Translations under genes and position numbers: made by a program
Shown here: positions 1 through 12,048 of the stretch, piece after piece
Layout of the letters: every line of letters starts with the position of its first letter
Numbering within the stretch: position 1 is the first letter of the stretch
Source: the human T2T-CHM13v2.0 reference genome, Homo sapiens
Reading direction: 5' to 3' (one strand)
Length of the DNA: 64,000 nt
Assembly: GCF_009914755.1 (NCBI RefSeq)
Contig: NC_060929.1
Notes under the pieces: generated by a model
What the model was told of the DNA's origin: nothing
Databases searched by the model: none
The model's input: only the letters and a program-made list of their open reading frames with translations

Positions 1-253
1 TTTACAACTTAACACTCTTAGGCCATATTTCTGTCCCTTTCCCCATAATTGACACCTCAATCATTATGCTGGCCTCCTCTCCTGGGCACTCTCAGTATAC
101 AGACTCTGCTTATCTCACCTTCAAAGTGGCAGTCCCATTGCCTGCAATGATACATTCCTAACATGTCAGCCCAAAGCACAGAGTTATTCCAGTGCGACTT
201 AAACTTGAAGTCCACTTTTTTTGATAGACCAGCATCTGTCTGGAAGTGGAATC

Positions 254-601
<348 letters not shown>

Positions 602-816
602 TGAAGGGCAAAGAGTGGTTTTGGCATTACAAATGCTTCTCAACCACACTTTTGTTTTTCGAAATATTTTGAAATGTTTATCTTAAATTTATTTCTTTTT
701 AATCATAATGGAGATTCATGCCAAAATACAGAAACTATTTTGTCTATAAATGTGGAATCCTATAATAGACAGTGGAGCTACCCGGGGACTTTAGAGTTTG
801 CACAGTTTAACTTTCT

Positions 817-885
817 CTTTACAGATGTAGAAACGGAGGCTCAAAGAGGTCTTATGCCTGGTCCAAGGTCACATGGCTAGCTGAG
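817..885 (-). mobile_element. MIR core fragment
   Basis: tttacagatgtagaaacggaggctcaaagagg...ccaaggtcacatggctag matches the reverse-complement MIR core. Confidence 0.8.
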
Positions 886-1716
886 TATAGCCTCATAATA
901 GTCCCTAAGAACTGAAGATGTCAAAATATGCAATGAGCTCGTTTTCTCTTTGCACATTTAATTACTTCTATTTTTCTGTTTTATCACATGTCCAACATAT
1001 TCTTCAACCCTTCAATTTAAGGGACAAAGGGAAAGGTGGAGACAAGGATAGGAATAAGAACACATTGGCATCTATTAAGATCATTTACACCAAATCAGAA
1101 ACATAAATATAATCCATCAGGGCACTTTCTCGTAGCAAATCAAGGAGTTTTCCCTTAAGTAATTATAAAACAGGTTAAAGGAATAAGAACTCTGGTCATT
1201 CATCGATTCTTGATTTTTATTCCCAGACTTATCATTCCCCAGGATGAGAGGTTTGAGAGAATAGATACATTTGTAAAATGACTAGAATAATTTTACCCAC
1301 CTCAGGGATTCAGTGAGTGTTTAATACCATAAAGGACTTTGAGATAGTCAGATGAAAGGTGCTTTAGAAGGCAGACATGATTACTGGATTAGAATTTCAG
1401 AGAGTGAGAAAGGACTCTTTTGTGTTGACAGACTTTTTTCTTATTCTTTTTGCAGTTCTATAGTGGTTTAAAATTTTTTCTCCTACCAATTTCTTCAATT
1501 TCAGATCATGTCCTTGACTTGGTACTGCTCTCGTGAGAAGGAATGTGTGGTTGGTGTAAACTGTCTAGCTCCCTGTACATTTTTTTTCTAATAAGCATTT
1601 TAGCATCTTTGAATTCACAAAGCTAATTTTCCTCATTTTCCACAGTGGCAATGTTTGTAAAGCACAATGAAATCACCTGGGGACAGTGTTCTTTAAGGCA
1701 GTATTTATTACAGGTC

Positions 1717-1748
1717 ACAGACACACACACACACACGCACACATACAC
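1717..1748. repeat. (CA)n microsatellite, imperfect
   Basis: Direct reading; a second degenerate CA tract is at about 1927-1960. Confidence 0.85.
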
Positions 1749-3852
1749 TTCCCTGTATTGAATTGTTTGGAGACCACACCAATTTTGTTTCATTCTACAA
1801 GGGTTTCCATAATATCATTAATCTCTCTCAGCTCTTCAAGATGGCCTCTTACCATATTCTGTCAAAAAACAAGATATAGACCATTTACTTTAAATACCTA
1901 AAAATAAAAATGCTGAATCAAATGGTTACACATACACACACACATGCACAGACACACAGAGCTCTCTAATGTATTTTTCAGTTGTTGGAAATCTGTGTGC
2001 ATTGGGTGGGGGGAGCAATGGAACTTGCAGTTTATTGAGAGTGAAATGTTCTATTGCATTAGTTGTAAAATGTTCTTTGCTATTAAAATAAGTAGTGCTA
2101 ATTAATAATCCTGCAGAATTGTAGAGCAGCCTTTGAACTACAAGAATAGATTCTTAATCCTTAGTATCAATAGCAGAATTCTCCTTCTCCTTTCTCTCTC
2201 CGTCCTTCCTCTCCTGCCTCTCTTCCTTCTTTCTAGAAGTATCTATCGCAAAAATACTGTGCTAGGAACTGTGTTTGTGGTGGTATATCAGCTCAGCCAA
2301 TCGTAGCAGAGCAATCTTATGGACCTCACCCAGGAATGAATTTCAACATATCTTTGGTGTGAAAAGACTGAGGATAACACCAACCCCGAATCTATAAGCT
2401 TTGTTTTATTTTATGTGAAAGGCCTTTTTTTCCCTCTTGGTCACTCCTGTACTGTATCTAGTACACTTGAACTTTATAAGGCTAATGAAAATATCTGTGT
2501 CCTAAAAATAAAATGTACTGGCTCCAAAATGAAAATAAAATTACAAAATCCAAGTTAATTAAGTTTGATTAAATATCTACTGAATAACAAAACTAACATG
2601 ATATCAGCTAGTCAACTGCTATCCAAGTCAGCTGTTATGCAGTTATATATAAATCAGATATTTATACATCTTGTAACTATTAGATTTCTGTATTGGCCTA
2701 ATATGGAGGAGTGGGGTTTTTTCAAAAAGAAGCAGCCTAAAAACAATGAGGACCTAAAGTGTCCCTCTTCAGATGCTTTTGTTTTCAAACAACATCTCAA
2801 TAATGGCAATGGAGATTTGATGTATCTGTACCATAGATTTAAAAAAAGAACTCTACCTGTTACCACCATGGGGATGGAGGTTATTTTATCATACACAGTA
2901 ACTTTGTGATGTGTTAGCTGTTTTTTGTTTTTTTTTTATAGTGTGAATACATTTCCTTCTGCTTTTTCTATCAACTAAAACGTTGCTGTGAGCTGACTTT
3001 CGTTCCATTATACTTCTATGCATTCATGGATTCCTCCTTTAAAACTATTGCCAGGTGTTAGCATCTTCCCTGAGTAATTTCAGGCATTTCCTTTGAATGA
3101 AAATGGCTCACTTGGAAGGTTGTGAAAGGCATAACCATGTGGAATTGAGAGGATTTTGTGCTGCGATGTGGTGAGAAGGCTTGCCAGAAATTGCCTGTTT
3201 CAGGCTGATGATGCAAAACTAGACATCTGTTAAATTAACATCTACCTAACGTTTTGCCTTCAGTCAAATGCATTTTTTAAAAAATTAAATCTCTCCCACT
3301 CTCTTCACTTTCTTTTTTTTCCACTGTCAAAACAATCTGTCACAAGATATTTAATTTCTGTGTAATGGGTTACTTAAAGAAACCAGCATATGGTGCAGTG
3401 AATATACCTAGCTACAAGCTAGAGGCAAATGTACGTTCTGCTGGTTCGCTGTACTACTGAAGCATATTGTGCCCAGCATAGATGTTATTATGGTGCTGGA
3501 TTCCCTGAGCGCTGATTTACATTAGTGCCAGTTTCTCACAACTCTTGCCTTTTAGGATCAAAATATTAGTATAAATATTCTTGTTCCACCAAGGAGTCAG
3601 AAATCACTTTCGACTTTGGTTAAGTGGTGGGCGTTTATGGCTCTAACATTTCAGGGAGGGAGAAAGAGGAATCTCATTATGCAGACATCTTCGCACACCC
3701 CTCCTGCATCCAAGAATTTGCTAATAGCAGTCAGCTGATCTGTGGCCTGGCAGTATGTTCTAGAGGAGTGGAATCTTTCACACACTTACACTGACAACAC
3801 CCCGGACACCGCGTGCATCCCTGCAGGCTAGAGTACTTTCTACACAATTACC

Positions 3853-3868
3853 TTTTTTTTTTTTGTTG

Positions 3869-3917
<49 letters not shown>

Positions 3918-4194
3918 TGGAGTGTTGCTCTGTTACCCAGGCTGGAATGCAGTGGTGTGATCTTGGCTCAGTGCAACCTCCACCTCCTGGGTTCAAGCAG
4001 TTCTTCTGCCTCAGCCTCCAAGTAGCTGGGACTACAGGCATGAGCTTCCACGCTTGGCTAATTTTTGCATTTTCAGTAGAGACGGGGTATCACCATATTG
4101 GCCATGCTGGTCTTGAACTCTTGACCTTAGGCAATCCACCTGCCTTGGCCTCCCAAAGTGCTGGGATTACAGGCGTGAGCCACCATGCCCAGCC
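3853..4194 (-). mobile_element. Alu (AluS-like) with a (TG)22 microsatellite between body and poly(A) tail
   Basis: T12-GTTGTTAG-(TG)22 (3873-3916), then atggagtgttgctctgttacccaggctgg...gagccaccatgcccagcc. Confidence 0.95.
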
Positions 4195-4404
4195 ATAACC
4201 TTCTCATATAGTGGAGTTGTCTTATTGATAGGGGAGGAGATTCTAAAGTCCCTGTCATTATGGTGATGAGAGATTAAATATAATCAAAATTACTTATGAA
4301 AATCCCTTGAGCCATCCATGAAGTATGTGTACCTCCTTGTTTAGTAATGCATGTGTATTTATATATGGTAAAGTGTAAAGTGCTTATTACGTCAGAAAAT
4401 AGTG

Positions 4405-4520
4405 TTGACTATGTGTCAGGCCCTTTTCTAGGCCCTGAGAATGAAGCGGTGAACAAGAAATACAAGATTGCTGTTGTCAGTGCACTCACTTTCCCATGGA
4501 AAGAGACCCAGTAAATGCAT
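4405..4520 (-). mobile_element. L2 3' fragment
   Basis: actatgtgtcaggcccttttctaggccctgagaatgaagcggtgaacaaga resembles the reverse-complement L2 3' end. Confidence 0.65.
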
Positions 4521-4756
4521 GAGCAGTAAGCAACCTGAAAGCAAAACATAAGGCTATAGATTCTTTATCCATCTGCCCGCTCATCTATCTATCTATCCAT
4601 TCATCCATCTATACATCTGTCAACAGTAAACCATAAAGAAGTACATAGTAACTGTATGTCTTTGACACTAAACTCATGAGCAAATCCATAACAAAATAGA
4701 AGTGTATAGGTTATTTTATTTCTCCATAACACTTAACCAATCTCTCTATATGGATA

Positions 4757-4803
4757 TATACACACACATACATACATACACACACACATACACGCACACA
4801 CAC
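4757..4803. repeat. (CA/TA)n microsatellite
   Basis: Direct reading. Confidence 0.85.
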
Positions 4804-6002
4804 AAAAATAAACCCATAAAATATAAGTTTTGAATTATTTAATCTATCTATGTATTCATTTGTTTATTTTTGCCAAAAGCCTGGCATCAATTTTGTGTAA
4901 GTTGGACAAACTTACTCCATTGTGTGCCTTTGAGGGGCACAGTGTTCATATGTTAATTCATTTCTATGTAATTTGAAAGGTTCCCAGATTGCTCCTTATT
5001 GGGACAGCTAAAGGCAATCTCTGCAGTACTTGAATCATGAAGTCTCCCAAGTTGGTGTTGACTTCTAGGCTACTGGTGAGGGAACAGGGGAATGTGGGTG
5101 AACTCCTTCAAGCCAGGCAGTCACAGAAGTTAACAGCTCCTTGGCAATTGTTCTCAAATAGTTCATTCCCTGAACAGCTAGGTTGTGGGTTTTCTGGGGA
5201 GAAAAAGCATAATACCTGCAATAAATCACTTAAGTCTATTACTTATTAATCGAAATTCTCAAGTGTCCTGAAAAGTATCTCTAGGCCATTGTCATTGCAA
5301 AGCTATCACAAATGAATGAGCTAGGCAAGGCGGCAAAATTCTTGGTCCACTTGTACCAAATAGCCTGAAATAGCTGTGTTATTAATCAGAACTCCATAAA
5401 ATCCTAAAGTTCAAGCTGCATAAATATACTCAGGTGCACGTTAGGCAGAGTCAAGTGGGTGCTGTAGTCCTTTTTCAGTACATCAGAAAACTTCACTTGT
5501 CATCATTTGTTTTTTATTTAGTATTAATTTTGAGAACGATAATTCTTTCCCATGATTTTTACCTTGATTCTCTGGAGCCACTAATATTCATCTAATATTT
5601 TTGAAACGCTTCTTAGGAAGCCACCATATTTAGTCAAGGCTGAATGCCACTGAGATTACTAAGAACAAAAGATGAGCTCCCATCCTTCCCCCCAACCCGC
5701 CGCCCACAAAAAAGGGATTATGTTAGCATTGTGCAGACACCTATTGACATTGTAGCCTGGTAATGCTAATTACCACTGGAGGCAATGCCCATCAGCACTG
5801 GAGGAGTTTGCTGCTTTGGGCATGGAAGATGATTGGCTTGTCTGCAAAGCCTGGATCATAGGAGGTATTCCATAAAGGTGTGTTGCGTATATGACTGAGA
5901 TTTCTTCTCTTTCTGTCTCTAGGGACATAAAAAGTAATAGATAACTAGAGGAGTTACATTCTTAAACATCCTAATGGCATTGCCCCTCGTGGTTGCATGA
6001 AC

Positions 6003-6520
6003 TTTCTTCATTTGACAAATACTTAGTAAACACCTACTAGCTGCCAGACACTATGATAGGTGCTGATGTGCAATGGTAAGTTAATAATGAATGAATGAAT
6101 GAATGAATGAATGAATGAATAAGTGAGACATAGTTCTTGTCCCCAGAACAGAATTATTGTCTAGTAGAGAAGCAAGACATTAATCAAATAGGCAACCAAT
6201 AAAGACATAATTACAAGCTGGGGAAAATGCTTTGATAGACAGACATGGTTCTAGAGGACACACAGCAAAGGAAACTGATGAAGCTTGATGGGATCAGAGA
6301 AGATTTCTCTAAGGAAACGAGTCATGTGCTGAAACTAAAGGATGAAGAATAGTGAACTATGTGAGGAGCAGGGAAGACCATTCCGGACACATAAAGACAT
6401 GAGCACTGGCTCAATGGTGACAGGGAGCCTACAGTTCCCAAGAGTTGACAGCAGGTCAGTGTGTCAGGAACAGAGGGCTGGGAGGAGGGTAGTATAAATG
6501 GGGCTGGAGGGGCAGCAGGA
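6003..6520 (-). mobile_element. L2 3' region containing an (AATG)8 microsatellite at 6086-6120
   Basis: ttcatttgacaaatacttagtaaacacctactagctgccagacact...taggtgctg is a typical antisense L2 tail. Confidence 0.75.
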
Positions 6521-7737
6521 CCTAAACTTTTGATAGTACTGTGTCAGTAAATAGCGCTGATTTATCAAAGGCCAACTATGAATGTATAAACAGGTGTCAA
6601 AGAGCAGGACAGCATAGGAAGTCATCTACTCTCACATAGCGTCCAGATCTGTGCCTAGCTCTGGGCTGGGTAATGAGACAAGGAGATGGGAACTCAGAGC
6701 TTTGTATTCATTACAAACTAGAGTGGTGGATAATGAAAGCTTTAAGAAATGTTAAGGGAATCATGGACGTCATATGTGATGAAGAAAAGATTGGGGGCGG
6801 GGGTTGGAAAGGGCTTTCAGGATCAGCATGCCTTCTGCGCAGCTGAATGGTGCCTGGCTAATTTCCCTTTCTAATGAGACCAGCACAAAATCCATCCATT
6901 TAGACTATTCAGCTTTTAGGTAAATGGACCAAGCTGTTGGGGTAGAGGGGAAAGAGGGGTTGACATTGATGGATGGAGTTAAATACCAGAGTCCCCTCCT
7001 TCACACAGACTCTTCTAAAGCAGTATTGTGATAGAAAGACCTAGAAGATCCCAGGTGGGCCAGGCAGGCTGGACAGAGCCCAGTGTCTCCCTGAGAAGGG
7101 GAGGAGGAGGGCGAGATGGGGGTCTTCTGTCAGCATGGAAGGGTCCTCTTCAGGTCTCACAACATAATGGCACATGGCGAGGAGTTTCTCAAACAGGGCT
7201 TGATTCTCATGGGAAGTGTCTGGGGATCATTCTATAGGCTTTCCCCTGGCACAATTTAATTTTTTGTCCAGAATTCCCACCACAGCAATATCCATTTTCT
7301 CACTTATTTTGCAGTACCGCCCTCCAATTTTATGGACAACAAATTGTGATTTATCTAGACTCTAAAATAGGAGTGACCTTGTTCTGGACCAGAGCAATGG
7401 TTAAATTGAAGTAAGGAAGGTTACCATGCCTTGGTGCAATAGCTAGCTGCATTATACTCTAAATAGAAAAGATGATAACCCAGCCAGACTCCTTGGAAAG
7501 ACTTGAGCATATGTGTTTTTAAAAGGAGTGATGATTATTTTCATTCATTTTCTGACACTTGTTCTGATCAGATGCTTAGATTCTGTGACCTCACGATACA
7601 GTGTTCATCATTTAAAGGAGTCCAATGGCAAAGGAGATTGTGGGTTATAGTCCTGCTTTGAGGGTAGATGGAGCAGTGACAGGTACATTCAGAGCTGTGG
7701 ATACTTAGCTGTGGAGAAAAGACACTTCCAATGGCCA

Positions 7738-7936
7738 CCATTCTAAGCGACTTTTATGGTTAATTCTCATAACAACCTCAGGGCATGTGTACTGCTATTT
7801 TTTGCACTTTGCAGGTGAGGATACTGAGGCACAGAAAGGTGAAGTAAGTTGGCCATGGTCACTAAGCTGGTACACAGAGGGGCTGGAATTCAGACCCAAC
7901 CAGTTTGACCCCAGGGCCTGTATTCCTAACCACTAT
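7738..7936 (-). mobile_element. MIR
   Basis: aattctcataacaacc...gcaggtgaggatactgaggcacagaaaggtgaagtaagttggccatggtcac...ttcctaaccactat. Confidence 0.85.
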
Positions 7937-8017
7937 CAGTGTGACCAAGAAGTGGATTGGGCCAAGAGGGTGGCAAAGATAAGAAACTCAAGAGCAGCTG
8001 TTTACTTTCAAAGGAGC

Positions 8018-8306
8018 TTCTCTCTCTCTCTGCTCCTCCTCCTCCTCCTCCTCCTCCAACCTGTTCCAATTGCTCAGAGTAGACAGATGCTTGGGGGGAG
8101 TGTGAGTAGGAAAGCAAAGAAAATCCTTATAAATTAATTTTTTTTCAATAGTCAGGATTAAAAACACACATTTCCCATCACTCATCTCTCTGGAAAGCAA
8201 TGGTACCAATTGAAGTAAACACTTTCCTTTCTGCCGCAGCACACAGTCATGCGCGTGCACGCACACACACACATGCATACACACATGCACACACAAACAC
8301 ACACAC
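8018..8306. repeat. (TC)n-(CTC)8 tract and an alternating purine-pyrimidine (CA/CG/TG) tract
   Basis: (CTC)8 at 8033-8056; catgcgcgtgcacgcacacacacacatgcatacac... from 8248. Confidence 0.9.
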
Positions 8307-9568
8307 TTGTTTCCATTGGCTCTTGGAAAAGCATTTGCAGCTCTGTCTACTTTCTCAGATCTACCTAATTTGGGGCTGGCTACGACAACCAAACACATGA
8401 GCTGCTTTCTGGGAGATCTCAGCAGTTTGGCCTTAAAAATAGTTTTGACGAATGAATTTTAAAAAGCCCTCTGAGAAATACTGACCAACTGCACCTTTGT
8501 GTTTAACATTTGAAGCTTACTATGGTAATTTTTCCCTTTTCTTTTTGCTCATTTATATGTTTCAAAAATTCATATTCAATATTATATTTAACTCAAACTT
8601 GGTTGGATACCCTACTGTCCGTTAAACCCTGGAAAAACATCTCACTTGTAAGTTATTGTCTTCTCCTCACTGTACGGCTTTTTGTACAACATAAGAAGTC
8701 ATTTTCCACCTCATATTTGGAGATTTGGCCTTCCATTCATGGAGGGATTGCTGGTATGGAAGTCGCTAGCTTGTGTCACCTGTAGGAACGAGGGGAAAAG
8801 AATGTGTAAGTCAGTTGGCATGTTCTTTCCCTAAATCCCCTAGAGACAACTCCTCCATTTGCTACTAAGAAGAATAAATCCCTCCCTGACATGTTGGGTC
8901 TGTAACTCTCGGAATCAGTAAACACAGCCAATTTCAATCTGACTGTCGGTCGTAGCAACTAAATTCTGGGCCTGCTGGAGAGCTCCAAAGCTGCACGGCA
9001 CCCTCTGAAATGAGCTTGGTCGAGCCTTTTCAAATTCCATAAGGCGACAAAGAAACTTCAACGACATGATTGCAAAAAGAAGATAGAAGAGAAAGGAACC
9101 TTGCTGTTTTCATTAAAGTGAGCCGCATTAGTTCTCAAATCCTATGTTTGGGGAACCCCTAATGGTTAAACTTACACAAGCAGAAGGAAAATAAAATGCC
9201 CTTATTAAATTTCCTATGAACATGTTAAATATTTTCCCTTTCTCCTGTCTCCATGTCTTAGACTTTGAGTCATTTTGCCTCTGTCATCTGTTTCCAGCTC
9301 AGTTGAGTTACAACCAATCAGATATGAGGAAAATTAGATTTTAATGGAATATTTGATTTTCATTGCTTAATTGATTTAATTGCAAGTTTCTATTTCAGAC
9401 TGGAAGAAATGCAAAGATTTTCAGTCAAATGTAGAAAAGCTCTCATTTTTCTGTGTTCAACAATGACAAACTTAATTCAATGGTAGCCTGGATTCTAAAA
9501 CTTTAGAGGAAGGCAATAATGGCATCTTTCTGAATTGTTATTCTAAGTCTACAGTTCAGTTTCTCTTT

Positions 9569-9619
9569 CATATATATGTATGTATACTTACATATATATA
9601 TATATATATATATATGTAT
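9569..9619. repeat. (TA)n microsatellite
   Basis: Direct reading. Confidence 0.9.
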
Positions 9620-10524
9620 CTGTCACATCAAAATTCAGCGTGTACGTTTGCTTATTCTAGTTGTGTTGATTTTGATTTTGGGTTATGAATTTTTGTTTGT
9701 CAGAGGAAACAATACATATGTACTTATGTAAACCCACACTTTGTTTCCACGGGCACTTAATGTCACCAAATATTTCCTTTTGTTGCTAGGTAGAAAGACA
9801 GCTTAGAGAGATAGTTCTCTAGCCACCATAGTAGGTCAGTGGACTTTTCTGAGCTCGCTTAGACCACCCTTGATAAGTAGAATTCAGTCTGTGTCAATGC
9901 TTTTGATGTATACTGGCTGCCTAGGACATTGGGGTGAGAAGAATCCCTGGGAGAACATGCAAGGCTCATTCACCAATGCGGAGTGCAGCAAGTACCCCCC
10001 ATCCCTTGGTCTCACTTGTATTTTAGGTGCCCGTGTTGATCACAGCATCTCATTTTCCAAAGGGTCTTCTCACAGCAGTGGGACAGCCCTGCATGTTAGC
10101 ACAGTTTCTGAATTCTCTGAACTCCTTATAATGTCAATTAGGGATTCTACCAGAATGCACATTTCTTTATTTAAAATGTTAAGTTTTTTATTGTTTGTTT
10201 TTAATCTTTATTGGCTTTGGGAAATTTAAGAGTTTTCTAATCATTTTGAGAGAGTTTTCTAATCATTTTGAGAAAAGCGTGTGTGCGTGTACACAGACCA
10301 TTGGCATGTGAAAATTTAATTATGGATGATCCATATTTGAATTTCTTATCAAGTACCTTATATGCTTCTTTGTGAGTTTTTAAAATGTGGAATATAATTT
10401 TAATATAAAAATCTTAGCCTATTGTGTGGTTATGTAATTTTCATCAATATTCTTACCATCACGATTGTCACCATGATGCCTATTTTGTGGAGACTTCCTC
10501 TTCTACAAGGGTAGGAAAGCAAAA

Positions 10525-10760
10525 AAGCTAAGAGCATGAGCTCTGGAGATGGATTGCCTGTGTTCAAATCCCAGCTCTGCCAGTGACTCATTATGAAATT
10601 TCAAGCAAGTTACTTTTACTCTCCTGCATTTATTTTCCTCATTCATAAAATGGGAATAATAACAAGGCCTAGCTCACAAGGTTATGTAACAGTTTAAAGA
10701 AGCAATAGATTTAAAGTGCTTGGAAGCATGCCAAGCATGTAGGAAATGCTTGATAAGTGC
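10525..10760 (+). mobile_element. MIR, near full length
   Basis: taagagcatgagctctggag...gttcaaatcccagctctgcca...ttttcctcattcataaaatgggaataat...aaagtgcttggaagcatgcc. Confidence 0.9.
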
Positions 10761-10847
10761 ACTGAATACTACTGAGGTTATAATATGAGCCCGATCCTAG
10801 CCTGAGACTGTACGTGGCTTATTTCACTTACCTCAGTCATACCCAGT

Positions 10848-11040
10848 AGGGGGGTGATTCTGCCCTCCAGGGGACATTAGACAATCTCTAGAGACATTCT
10901 TGATTGCCATGGCTTGCAAGATGCTACTGGCATCTCGTGGATCCAGGGAGGCTGCTAAACATCACACAGTGCTCAGGACTGTCACCCACAAGAGAGAATT
11001 ATCTGGCCCAACATGTCAATAGTGCTGAGGTTGAAAAAAA
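10848..11040 (+). mobile_element. MER20 (hAT-Charlie MITE), apparently inserted in an antisense MIR
   Basis: ggggtgattctgccctccaggggacatt...gctactggcatc...gctgctaaacatc...aattatctggcccaacatgtcaatagtgctgaggttgaaaaa. Confidence 0.85.
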
Positions 11041-11596
11041 TCTTGATTTAATCCATGAAGTAGGAAATGTTTACATTATACTCATTTTACAGAAGAGAGT
11101 ATTTGAACCTTGGAGAAAATATAACTTCTCATATTGCAGATTTAGTAATTGGAACTGCTGTGCAACAGGCTTTTGGAGCAGGAGGGTTTATTTTGTTTTT
11201 AAGATAATTGCATAGAAGATCTTCTAAAAGCCGTGAAACAGAAACCTTCAGTGCTTTTTGGAAGCAGAACCACTAAGGAATGGGTTCAAGCCCGTCAGAA
11301 CAGACACTGTCTGGAGTGTGGCATCAGGATGCTAGAAGCTCCAGCCTGTGCCTGGTCTGACTTTGAATTTTCTGGATCCTGGGGAAGCCCATGAGGCTTG
11401 GCCACAGTCCCAGGGTGGTGGTAGACACTCCCAAGGCTGAGGTAGGCTTTGTCTTCCAATAGTCACAGAAGTTTATTTTAATATTTTAGCAACTGGTTTG
11501 ATCATTCCTGAGAAGTACTTCAAACACATAATTTCACAGATATTGTTACTTAAGATGAGGCCAAATTGAAAGTATAAAAACTGAAATTGTCTAAAG

Positions 11597-12048
11597 CAAG
11601 GGTCCCCAACCCCCCGGCCACAGACCAGTAGTGTTAGGAACCCGGCTGCATGGCAGGAGTGGCAGGTGAGTGAGCGAAGCTGAGCTCCACCTCCTGTCAG
11701 ATCAGCAGCAGCAGCATTAGATTCGCATAGGAGCATGAACCCCATTATGAAATGCGCATGCATGGGATCTAGGTTGTGCATTTCTTATGAGAATCTAATG
11801 CCTGATGATCTGTCACTGTCTTCCATCACCCCCTGATGGGACCATCTAGTTACGGGAAAACAAGCTCAGGGCTCCCACTGATTCTACATTATGGTGAGTA
11901 TGTAATAATAATAGAAATAAAGTGTACAATAAATGTAATGTGCTTTAGTCATCCCGAAATCATCCCCACCACCACCATCCACTGGGTCCATGCAAAAATG
12001 GTCTTCCATGAATCCAGACCCTGGTGCCAAAAAGGTTGGGGACTGCTG
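11597..12048 (+). mobile_element. MER1A (hAT-Charlie MITE)
   Basis: TIRs caagggtccccaacc / ggttggggactgctg; degenerate 8-bp TSD gtctaaag / gtccaagg; the internal sequence matches MER1. Confidence 0.9.
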
